From: Mustelus asterias
Taxonomy: Eukaryota
DNA length: 64,000 nucleotides
Direction: 5' to 3'
NCBI RefSeq assembly: GCF_964213995.1
Contig: NC_135812.1
Coordinates: 19,468,001-19,532,000 of the forward strand
The notes under the pieces were generated by a model, which saw only the letters and a list, made by a program, of their open reading frames with translations, was not told the DNA's origin and did not search any database. Positions 23,995-34,439 of the stretch are shown one piece after another (position 1 is the first letter of the stretch; every line of letters begins with the position of its first letter). A program made the position numbers and the translations under genes.

Positions 23995-24289
23995 TGATTA
24001 GTTTAGATCATTTAGTCCATAGGTCGATCCCCATCTGGGAAATGCTCAATTCAAAATCTTAACGTCCAAGCTGCCATTTTGACGTACGTTGAAGCAGATG
24101 GACATGTGTAATTTTTGTTGGACTCCTACCGAAAAGCAAAACATAAATTGGATACAAACTGAGATGTTTGCGATAGTGAATCCACTCGTGACTGATATGC
24201 TTTGAGCCTTATGGCCAATTGCCTTTTTATGGTCTCCCAGAATGCTACAACCTGCCATGCCTGTCTGCTGTATTTCATAACTTGGTCAA

Positions 24290-24295
24290 AATAAA
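24290..24295 (+). terminator. Candidate polyadenylation signal of the methyltransferase-like gene
   Basis: First AATAAA seen after the stop codon, about 300 nt downstream. Confidence 0.5.
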
Positions 24296-24391
24296 TCTGA
24301 TAAGCCTCTCCCGTCAAGCAGTTACGCAACTTCAAAGCAAGCGATTGCTCATGTGCAACTTGAGACAGAGAGAAGGAAGTATTTTTATAAC

Positions 24392-24397
24392 TTTATT
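24392..24397 (-). terminator. Candidate polyadenylation signal of the betaA1-like crystallin
   Basis: AATAAA on the - strand about 145 nt after the stop codon. Confidence 0.6.
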
Positions 24398-24542
24398 TTG
24401 AATATTTCAATAGCCCAAGTCATTGTGATTGAGATGTTAAATCGATTACAGTACACAAGTTGTTCTACAACAGAATGCCGTATCAATTATACTCATAGAT
24501 TTCTTCTTCAGCCCCCCCTCGATGCTCTGTTGATGTGTTGCT

Positions 24543-24690
24543 TTACTCCTGAATGCGGCGGAGTGACTGGATCTGGAAGGTCTGAGCATGGGATCCCCAC
24601 TCTCTCCAGTGCTTGTATTCTCCAGCATGGCGATCACATTCCATGATGTACTGGAAGCCACGGTATCCGGGGTATTGGTAGCACACCCAT
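24543..24690 (-). CDS. CRYBA1: betaA1-like crystallin, exon 6 (Greek key 4)
   Basis: [48 protein letters not shown]. Acceptor ttttctgctccAG. Confidence 0.95.
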
Positions 24691-24744
24691 CTGGAGCAGA
24701 AAAAAACAGCATGCTTTATATTAATGAACTATGAATGCATGTTA

Positions 24745-25140
24745 AGTTTCATAAATATGAATCAGAAACTACAAAAGGTCGTGAAAGTAGCCCAATCCAT
24801 CACGCAAACCAGCCTCAGGAAAGCAGCCAGCATAATCAAGGACTCCACACATCCTGGACATTCTCTCTTCCACCTTCTTCCGTCGGGAAAAAGATACAGA
24901 AGTCTGGGATCACGTACCAACTGATTCAAGAACAGCTTCTTCCCTCCTGCTGTCAGACTTTTGAATGGACCTACCTCACACTAAGTTGATCTTTCTCTAC
25001 ACCCTAGCTATGACTGTAACACTACATTCTGCACTCTCTCATTTTCTTTTCTATGAACGGTAAGCTTTGTCTGTATAGTGCGCAAGAAACAATACTTTTT
25101 ACTGTATACTGATACATGTGACAATAATAAATCAAATCAA
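24745..25140 (+). mobile_element. Rex1/Babar-type LINE 3' end
   Basis: KLQKVV..AQSIT..IIKD..HPGHSLFHLLPSGKRYRS..R...FKNSFFP and an (ATCAA)n tail. Same family on the - strand at 48290-48640 and 51325-51680. Confidence 0.75.
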
Positions 25141-25448
25141 AAAGGGCATATAGCAGCAAATGGGATCAAATGCCAGGGTTTCCAGAACTGAATTGCGAAA
25201 GCTCAGGGACTGCAGGAGGTCCACAGGTACAGCTTGGACAGCCTTCTTTGGTTACTTTTGATCTAGTTAGAATTGATCAAAGTTATCTTCTTCAGGCCTA
25301 AGGTAAACTTTAGAAGCAGCAATCACAAACATGATGTGATCGGCATGCTCCTAAGATGTGCAAGACTCTGCTAGATCCGGCTACGTTATCTTCCTTAAAC
25401 TGCAGCAAGCCAGCTTTATGGTTTTTTAAACGTGAAAACACAACTTAC

Positions 25449-25591
25449 GCGCCAGCCTGAATCTTCATGGATCCAACCTCATTGTTGCACCAGCCCATGG
25501 CTTGCAGAGAGGGATAGTCATCACACATCTCCCACTGTCTTCCAATGAAGTTTTCCTTCTCAAAAATGACGATTTTGGATTCTTTATGGTG
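25449..25591 (-). CDS. CRYBA1: betaA1-like crystallin, exon 5 (143 nt, Greek key 3)
   Basis: [50 protein letters not shown] / GTAAGT boundaries. Confidence 0.95.
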
Positions 25592-27052
25592 CTAAAGGAA
25601 AATGATATATATACATTCTGAGTACAAGTCAGCATTGGAGAATTATTAGGAGTATATCTTTATCATTTAACATCTTGCATTTCCTATAAAGAGTGAGCTT
25701 AAGATTTTGTACCCTGTCCTTATACCCCTTCACTTCAAACCCGAGATTAAACTTGTTGCTGTGCCCTTTTAAATTCAATTATATTTTTTGGAGCACGCTG
25801 ACTGTATCTGAATACAATGTTGCTGTTTTGGTCCAAGCAGTGCATTGTAAAGCTTCAATATAATTGCGACAGACTTCTGGGCCAGAATTCTCCGATCTTG
25901 GCTGTGGCTGGGATTTTCCAGTCCCGCTGCAGTGAACAGAGTTTTGGCTGAGCGCCAAATTCTCCATTCTCACGGTAGCGAGGCTTGCGAGACCAGAAAA
26001 ATCCGGCCCTGTTCTAGATGCTTTTTCAGCACCCTTTTTTTAAATTAAGCTGCAGGTCCAGATGTTGACAATGACATTACTCCACCATTGCTTCCAGATT
26101 CTTTCCCATGTCTCTCTCTGCCAGTGGTTTCAAAAGCATCTTGGAATCTCGGCTTTATAAGTCAGAAGCGCAGAGTACAAAAACAAGGAAGTTATTTTGG
26201 ACCTTTGCAAAACCCTGGTTCAACCTCAACTGAGGATAGATTGGAAAAGCAGGGGTTAGAGGGGAGAGGGTTGAGAGGAAACTCGATGTGTTTAAAATCC
26301 AGGCAGTAGATAGGGAGCAACTCATTCCCATTTGCAGAAGGATCTGGAACCAAAGCTTTAAGTTCAGGTTTATTTATTAATGTCACAATTAGGCTTACAT
26401 TAACACTGCAGTGAAGTTACTGTGAGAATCCCCTAGTCGCCACACTCCAGGGCCTGTTCGGGTACACTGAGGGAGAATTTAATACAGCCAGTGCACCTAA
26501 CCAGTACGTCTTTCAGACTGTGGGAGGAAACCCACGCAAACGTGGGGAGAACATACAGACTCTGCACAGACAGTGACCCAAGCTGGGAATCAAACCCAGG
26601 TCCCTGGCGTTGCGAGGCAACAGTGCTTGCCACTGTGCTGCCGTCTATGCCACTGTGCCATCTTTAAGATGATCGGGAAATGAACCAATGAAATATGGAG
26701 AAGATTTTGTTTTGATTAATTGAGTGGTTAGGATCTGGAATGCACTGCCAATTCAGAGGGGAATCGAACAAACACTTGAAGGGAGAAATATTGCAAAGCT
26801 ACGGGGCAAGGTCAGGGGTGGGGAACTAATTGAAATACTTTTGAAGAGAACCACGTGGATGCAATAGACCTCCTGTGCTGTTACCAGTCTATGATTTTAT
26901 GTTAGCGCAGTTTCAAAAAACAGGTCCCAACGAGATGAACCATAGAAGCCATAATGAGTAATGTCCCCTTATTTGGTGATATATGTTGCGTTTTGGAGTA
27001 TATACTGTGCTAGCTTCAAGCCTTACAGATATTTAATAGTGAACCAACTTAC

Positions 27053-27194
27053 AGCAGAGCAAATGGGGCGGAAGGACATGAGTCTCTCAGTGTGGTAAGC
27101 ATTGCTGCCACTCCAGGCATCCCAGCGGGGGTACTCTCCTTTCTCCAAGATAAACTGCTGCCCAAAGAAGCTGGAGTGTTCATAACCAGCCCAC
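27053..27194 (-). CDS. CRYBA1: betaA1-like crystallin, exon 4 (142 nt, Greek key 2)
   Basis: [49 protein letters not shown] / GTAAGT boundaries. Confidence 0.95.
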
Positions 27195-28649
27195 CTACAA
27201 AAAGAAAATTGCACTCATAATTAGCTTTCATAATAGATAATGCTCGACACTGTTTTAAAATGGGAAACTTAAAATAACTCCCAGCTTATTATCTACCAGC
27301 AATAATTTGCTGATCCATTCACCAAAGCAGTCACTACTCCTGCACCCAATGCAGTTAATATAAGTTCTGGCGCAGTGCACAAGGCGCAGTCCAACTACTG
27401 TTGCATCCATCTCTGCAGCAATAATGAGTTAGACCTTTAAACTATCTAAAACTAATGAGGCTCCCCTTGATGAGTAAACTTGGAGATTACATTCTCAAAA
27501 TAATTCCTTAAAAATACTTCAATATACAAATTTGAATCTTGTAGTGTGCTTCCTCACAGGGGGTGGTGAATCTCTGGAATTCTCTGCCCCAAAGGGTAGT
27601 GGAGGCTGGATCATTGGAAATATTTAAAGTGGAGGTGGATAAATGTTTGATAGATCAAGGAATAGAGGCCCATGGGTAAATGGCACAGAAAAGGAGTTGA
27701 GGCCAGCATAGATCAGCCATGGTCTATTTGAATGGTGGGGGAGGCTTGAAGGGCCTTATGGCTTTCTCCTGCTTCTATTTCATGTGTTCTTGTGTGCTAT
27801 CCAGAGTATAAGTCACCTGCTTCTGCCTTCGTATGAAAACATTACCCAACTTAGCCAGACAGTTGGAGTTACCAAGACCTGCCCAGTAATCCAGGGCTAG
27901 TGGAAAATCACGCCCTAGGGGTCAATTTGGCAAGGCCAATCAAGCTAACACACAAATCTTTGGACTGTGGGAAGAAACCGGAGGACCCAGAGACAGTGAG
28001 AACGAGCAAACTCCACACAGACACCCAAGGCTGGAATTGAACCCGGGTCCCTGGTGCCCTGATGCAGCAGCGCTATCCCCCATACCACAGTCTGATGCAG
28101 AGGAGTTTTGCAAATCTGATGTACAGAAGGCAAAAAAAAAAGCCGAGGGAAGCACATTGAGTTTTGGGATTCCTGCCAGGTCCGACTATAAACCCGAACT
28201 AACTGGAGTTATATTGTTGCCTGACCATTGCAGAATGGGCGTGAAACACAAACTCGTGGCTCTCACTCACCCAGCTTCACTGTGTGACTGCCATATGCTT
28301 AACATTAGGCCAAAAAGATTGGACCAGTGGAACTACACTCTAAACATATCAATACACAATGTAGATCAATAATACGCATGGCACTGATCTAATTCCCTCC
28401 CATATTATCAGAGTCTATCTAAATCAAACAAGTTGTGTTTTGAGCTCACAACGGCAATGTTGATATGTATGAGTGTGTATAAGGGCAAAATAATACATTT
28501 CAGTAAATTGGCTACTTTGGTTTACAAATGACAGTGACATTAAAATAAAACAATCATTGCATCTTAATTAAACCTGACAGGGTTTTCGTTGGAAGTAACA
28601 GGAAGGTTTTTAATGGTTAAAGCATATATATAAAAACTGTTTGACTCAC

Positions 28650-28768
28650 GCTCCGCAATCAACTTTGATGGATCGAATATTGTCAAAACCGCAATCCATA
28701 ATATTCTTGCAGGATGCAGTAAATTCCATCCTCTTGCCTTGGAAATTTTCTTGATCATAGACAGTTAT
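28650..28768 (-). CDS. CRYBA1: betaA1-like crystallin, exon 3 (119 nt, Greek key 1)
   Basis: [42 protein letters not shown] / GTGAGT boundaries. Confidence 0.95.
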
Positions 28769-28877
28769 CTGCAATAAGAATCATTATTATTCTGTGATAT
28801 TGAAACAAAAAACAGAGCAATGGACCGAAGTAAAGATTTCAATTCTGATGAATTATTCTGAGAGAAATAAACTGTAC

Positions 28878-28910
28878 CTTGAAAACTCCTGCGGGGTTTG
28901 TTTGCGCCAT
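28878..28910 (-). CDS. CRYBA1: betaA1-like crystallin, coding part of exon 2 (exon 28878-28934). Total CDS 585 nt / 194 aa; may be the fish cryba1-like paralogue rather than the strict CRYBA1 orthologue
   Basis: MAQTNPAGVFK (the MAQTNP start is characteristic of betaA1). Acceptor ttttgttttgtttAG, donor GTACAG. Confidence 0.9.
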
Positions 28911-29159
28911 GTTTGGAGTTTGGAGTTTATGATCCTAAACAAAACAAAAGTCAAATGGCATAATTTCTCTCCACAAGCCTTTATAGAAATGTATCCACAT
29001 TCAGTGCGTTAAAATCTGTGTAATGTTGCATTATAGCTGGATACTATGGATGCTATGGAGTCAATTACCAAACACCAAACAGGTGGAGGAAAATGAGAGG
29101 AATTTGCAGTTAAAATTGAATGAAATTTAAAAATAAAATACGAGAAACACTCAACTTAC

Positions 29160-29320
29160 CAGAGCCGAGCTGCTTGGGGTAGGTTCCAAAAACGATTCTG
29201 AGTTTGGCTTTATCTCTGCTATTTATAGTCAGCCATTGAATAGAAAGTGAGAAGTGAGCGAGTCTGATTCGTGGTCCAGTGAGCAGATAGCGAACGCCAA
29301 CATCCTATTGTTTGTGGCTG
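29160..29320 (-). promoter_or_regulatory. betaA1-like crystallin core promoter and non-coding exon 1
   Basis: TATAAATA at 29220-29227 abutting a GCTGAC Maf half-site. Sox-like CATTGAA and ATTGTT sites upstream. GTAAGT donor at 29154-29159; no ATG in exon 1. Confidence 0.75.
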
Positions 29321-30235
29321 ATCCCATGGATTTCTGTTTCAACTCCGTGCTGGGGTAGGAGCAGAAAGATTAAAATCTGCATGTCCGGTATATGTGTGAA
29401 TAACCTTTGGCCAAAGATGTCAAAAGTGTTTGTTAATGGGAAATAACTCAGAACGAAATGGGGTTTATTTGAAAATAATTACCCTGAAATTATGCCACGG
29501 TGATGCTAACAAACTCTTGCAACCTTTCGTTTGAAAATCTCTCTGTATTTCGGTTGGCCCATTTAGTTATTGTTGCTGGTAATATATAGCTGAGGTAGGA
29601 ATATCAAGCAAAAATGGTTAGTTTTTGACTTATTATTCCATGATTTATATACTTGAGAATAAGTAACATATAAAATTAGGATAAACTTGGATTTTTACTG
29701 AGTAAGCTAAATTTTTCTATTTATATAAGATCATAAGACATAAGACATATATCATTCTATATGCTTAGAATATGCTCAGAATTCTGCCCCAGCCAGTACA
29801 TTTCAAGAGTGCGAAATCTACACAATTTGTAAATTTATGAAATCCCCAGGTTAAAATACCATACAACTAACTATTTAACTCACTACACTAGAGTTATGCA
29901 CTCCTTAAGCACTGAATTATCAGAGTTTTTAAAAATGTAAATAAGTAATTGAATAACTATCAAGATGACATTAGCAGTTTCAATTCAAGTAGGCATAATT
30001 TTGTTTTAATGAAAACAGAAAATAATAGCGAGGCTATTAGTGTTTGTTACTGATAAAGTCTAATTTGGATGGCAACTTCTGGTGACTGCACGTGTGCATT
30101 TCAATGTGGAAATCAGGAAGTTGCTGTCCCAGTTGCCCTGTTCCCCTGAGGTTTTGCTGTATTCAACATCTCACAGAGAGACTTGACATGATAACACTTG
30201 GAAGGATGTGAAGTTGGGATACGTGCATACTAGAT

Positions 30236-30938
30236 CAGTGGTGGGCAACCTGTGGACCATGGGCTATATGCGGCCCATCAGGGTTTGGAGTTAAAAGTTA
30301 ACGTTTATTTATTAGTCACAAATAGGCTTACATTCACATGCAATGAAGTTACTGTGAAAATCCCCTAGTCGCCACATTCCGGCACCTGTTCGGGTACACT
30401 GAGGGGGAATTTAGCCCCTTGTGGGGGTGCAGCCCATGATACATTTTGCTGACTGTTGTCCCCACACAGGGTTACCAGATTCTGAAACAAAAACAGAAAA
30501 TGCTGGGGAAACTCAGCAGGTCTGACAGCATCTGTGAAGAGAGAATAGAGCCAACGTTTCAAGTCTGGATGACCCTTCCTTAGAGCTGACTTTCCCAGAT
30601 TCTGCTGGGTTTCCATCTGCGTAGCTTTTATCCTGCTGGTATGACTAAAGTGATACGCACGTAAGGCAAGAACACTTGAAATGCAGACAACATTGATTGA
30701 GAGCCATCCAGTCATAGGGTAAATATTTATTTTGTTTTTCAACTTGATGACAGTTCCATTAATATAGAATAATTAAGCACTTTCTGCAACTCATTATGAA
30801 ATATTCAACATGTATTAAAAATAATCAGCTTATTCATGGGTTGTGGTTAGTGCACATGTCCAATTTCAATCTTGCGGCCTACAGATAAAGGAGAGACACT
30901 CATGCGGCCCACTCACTAGTCTAGGTTGCCTCTCACTG
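30236..30938. mobile_element. hAT (Charlie-type) MITE with nested insertions
   Basis: TIRs CAGTGGTGGGCAACCT / AGGTTGCCTCTCACTG, subterminal GCGGCCC motifs, 8-bp TSD TACTAGAT/CACTAGAT. Contains a SINE tail (30292-30415) and a Penelope-derived repeat (30481-30587). Confidence 0.8.
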
Positions 30939-31003
30939 CACTAGATATTATACTCACACAAAGTTGAGGCTTGTCCATTCCTGTGTGTGTAAATGTTTAA
31001 CTA

Positions 31004-31081
31004 TGTGATACATTTTAATTACTGATATACACCTTAATTACTGAGATACATCTCAATTACTGAGATACATTTAAATTACTG
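31004..31081. repeat. Minisatellite, about 4 x 19 bp (AATTACTGAGATACAT...)
   Basis: Directly visible imperfect tandem units. Confidence 0.8.
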
Positions 31082-34000
31082 CCACACAACCTCTCTGGAA
31101 CAACAAATTAAAATGTTACAAGCATGGAGTTTTATTCCTTCATGTTTTAATGGGGATCTACAAATTCTAAAATAAAAGTTTTTTTTAAACTTTTTCTTTT
31201 GTCTCTCTCCGAATCAAACCTTTTGTTCTGTATCTTTATTTCACCTTCGGTACACGACTTGCCATTGGATTAAATATTCCAACCTACAATTCCTGGTTTA
31301 ACGTTTCTGGGCGGGATTTTCTGGCTGCGTTCGCCCCAAGGCTGGAAATTCCTGCCTGAGGTCAATGGACCTTTGCATGGAGCGCCCTCACCTGCTACGA
31401 TTCCTGTGGCGGGTGGGACAGGAAAATTCCGCCCTGTGTGTTTCACTTAGAATTCTTCAATCTGATTTCTTATGGGGTTACACAGTTGCTGGCCCTGTTC
31501 ACACAGATTCTAAACCCCCTGTAGAGGACACTACTATTTTGGCTTTCCAATCACAAGTTCCAATACAAAAGCTATTGAACCTCTGTGGGCAAGTTTAAGT
31601 GTAATAAACAGAAGGTGTTCTCTGTCATTGTCTACCAAATCTGGACCAATGTTGCACAGACAAATTCAAAATGCAAACTCATTCAAGGAATCAAACGGAT
31701 ACTGGCCAGTTATAAATTTGTGAATGAAGATAACTGTTGTTTCTGGCACCACAGAATACAACTTTACATTACTGTGTTCAAATGGATGTCGATAGTGGAG
31801 ATTATGCCAAATGATTAATTTCAGTTTTTCAAATTTACTTTTTATTCTGAAGCTGCGCTAATTTATCTTGTATCATTGCTTGGATCCCAAGTCCCATGGG
31901 ACAACATTAATGGAAAGTGAGTTTGTCTTTGTTCAGTTTGAATGATTGTCAATGGGAGACGAATAGGCAGGTTTTACGGCCTTACTTGTCCCGAAACCAT
32001 AAAATCGCACCCGAGGTCAATGGACCTTTCCATGGTCCGCCCCTCGCCCGCTCCGATTCCTGTAGCGATAAAATTCCGGTCTAATTTTGAGAAATTTTCC
32101 ATTAGGGTGTCAGTACGCCATGTGATACTGACATTTCTGATCTGCTGTTCTATTCTGGCAGCAACCTTAAAGGAATTTTAAAAAAAAACAAACATCACAG
32201 AAACACTTTTTCACAAATTTAAAATATTTATTTGAATTGCGATAGTAGAACATTACAATTGACATGAGTTCACGAGAAAAATCTGCTTCATGTGAAGAAA
32301 AATCTTGCAACTCCCATCTTTGATCACTAACTTGTGACTTCCTGCAAGGGGGGTGATGGCCCACTGGTATTATCGCTAGACTATTAATCCAAAAAATCAG
32401 CTAATGTTTTGGGGACCCAGGTTTGAATCCCGCCACAGTAGATTGTGGAATTTGAAATCAATTTTTTAAAAAACTACCCTTACCTGATCTGGCCTACATA
32501 TAAATCCAGAGTCACAGCAATGTGACAACTGCTCTCGGCAACTAGGGATGGGCAATATATGCTGGGCAGCCAGCAGCACCCATGTCCCACGAATGAATTT
32601 TAAAATGTGTGTGTATACGTGGACGTAGGGGAGGGTTGCACTCACTGGTAATCTCTCCCTTCCATGAGTAAACATCTTGCTGACAAACAATCCACACATA
32701 AAGAATAGCCATGTAAGTTTAAGTATTACTGTCACAAGTAGGCTCACATTAACACTGCAATGAAATGACTGTGAAAATCTTCCAGTCGCCGTACTCTATT
32801 TTCCCTTTTTCATCAATCCCTGGGTCCTCCTTTGCTAAATTTTAAACTGCTCCCAATCCTCAGGCCTATTGCTTTTTCTTGCCAATTTGTATGCTTCTTC
32901 CTTGAATTTGATACTATCTCTAATTCCCCTTGTAAGCCATGGTTTTGCTACAATTCCCTTACCATTCTTGCGCCACACAGGAATAAACAACTTCTGGAGT
33001 TCACCTATTCGTTCTTTAAATGCCTGTCATTGCCTTTCCACTGTCTTTCTTTTCAGTAATGTTTCCCAGTCCACCATGGCCAATTCATGCCTCATACCAT
33101 CATAGTTACTTTTATTGAGATTCACAAAACTCCCCTAGTACAAACCCCTCATGATTTGACTGATATTAACAACAAATCCTCACAGTACAAACCCCGATGC
33201 AAGGTCGAATGAAAATTTACAAAGTGCCTCACAACACAAACCTATGATTCGACTGAAACTTACAATCACCCACGTAGCTGGCCATTACTGATGTCGATTG
33301 TAAACTTGGATCTGGAGATGACGGGTCTCTTTTTCTTCTTCTCCTGACTGCAATGCTTGGACTCCGATGTCATATTTTTAATGATGATTCATATCATACT
33401 ATCACAGGCACAGATCCTATTACCATTCTCCTGAATCATGCGGTGTTTAACACCTCTTTACCTTGGTTTATTCCATGCCCTGGCCTAAATGGGACAGTAT
33501 TGACATAATCCATTCTTCTGCCGTTTACACAACAGAAAACAATGTTTTCCAGGTATCCATCACCCCATGGTTGACTAGGGGGCGGCACGGTGGCACAATG
33601 GTTAGCACTGCTGCCTCACAGCGCCAGGGACCCATGTTTGATTCCCAGCTTGGGTCACTGTGCCGGGTCTCCATGTTCTCCCCGTGTCTGCGTGGGTTTC
33701 CTCCCACAGTCCGTAAGATGTGGTGGTTGGGGGATTTGGCCATGCTAAATTCTTCTTCAGTGAACCCAAACAGACACCAGAGTGTGGCGACTAGGGGATT
33801 TTCACAGCAACTTCATTGCAGTAAGCTACTTAATACTTAATTAATAAACTTTAAACTCCGGAGCCTATTCGGGTACACTGTATTTAGCATGGCCAATGCA
33901 CCTAACCAGCACGTCTTTCGAGGTGAAGTAAATGAACAACTGGAGAATAGCAGACGCCTGCTGAATCATACTCCTGGAATGTTATCCAACCAGGAACGGA

Positions 34001-34439
34001 GGGTAAAATTCGATGAGGATAATTGGAGGAAGGAAGAGCAAACATTGTGAAATTGATTGAATGCAATGCTTATGTAGAATGTGGGCGCAATATCATAGCT
34101 AACCTGAAACTATTACTTGGTCAGTTATTGCCACAAGATAAATGTATTAAATTGGACCTTGATCTACAGCACATGTCACACCCATCACGCAGTTTAATAA
34201 TGGCATTTGGAAACCTGCAACTCCATGCTAAGAATGCCTTTTCAAAGATTCCTTTTGATGGTCGACCTTTAAGAGTTTAGATGACTGGCTGTACCAAATA
34301 GGAAAAGAAAATCAGGAAAAGAGTTGAGTGCTACCAAGTGCCATTATAACATGAGTAGCTGGGACAATGTTACAGTACTACAACTAGATTCAGTGGATAC
34401 TGGAATCTGAAACAAAAACAGAAAATGCTGGAGAAACTC

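Noticed and set aside
31004-31081. CRISPR-like array
   Set aside because: Simple tandem repeat with no spacers, in eukaryotic DNA.
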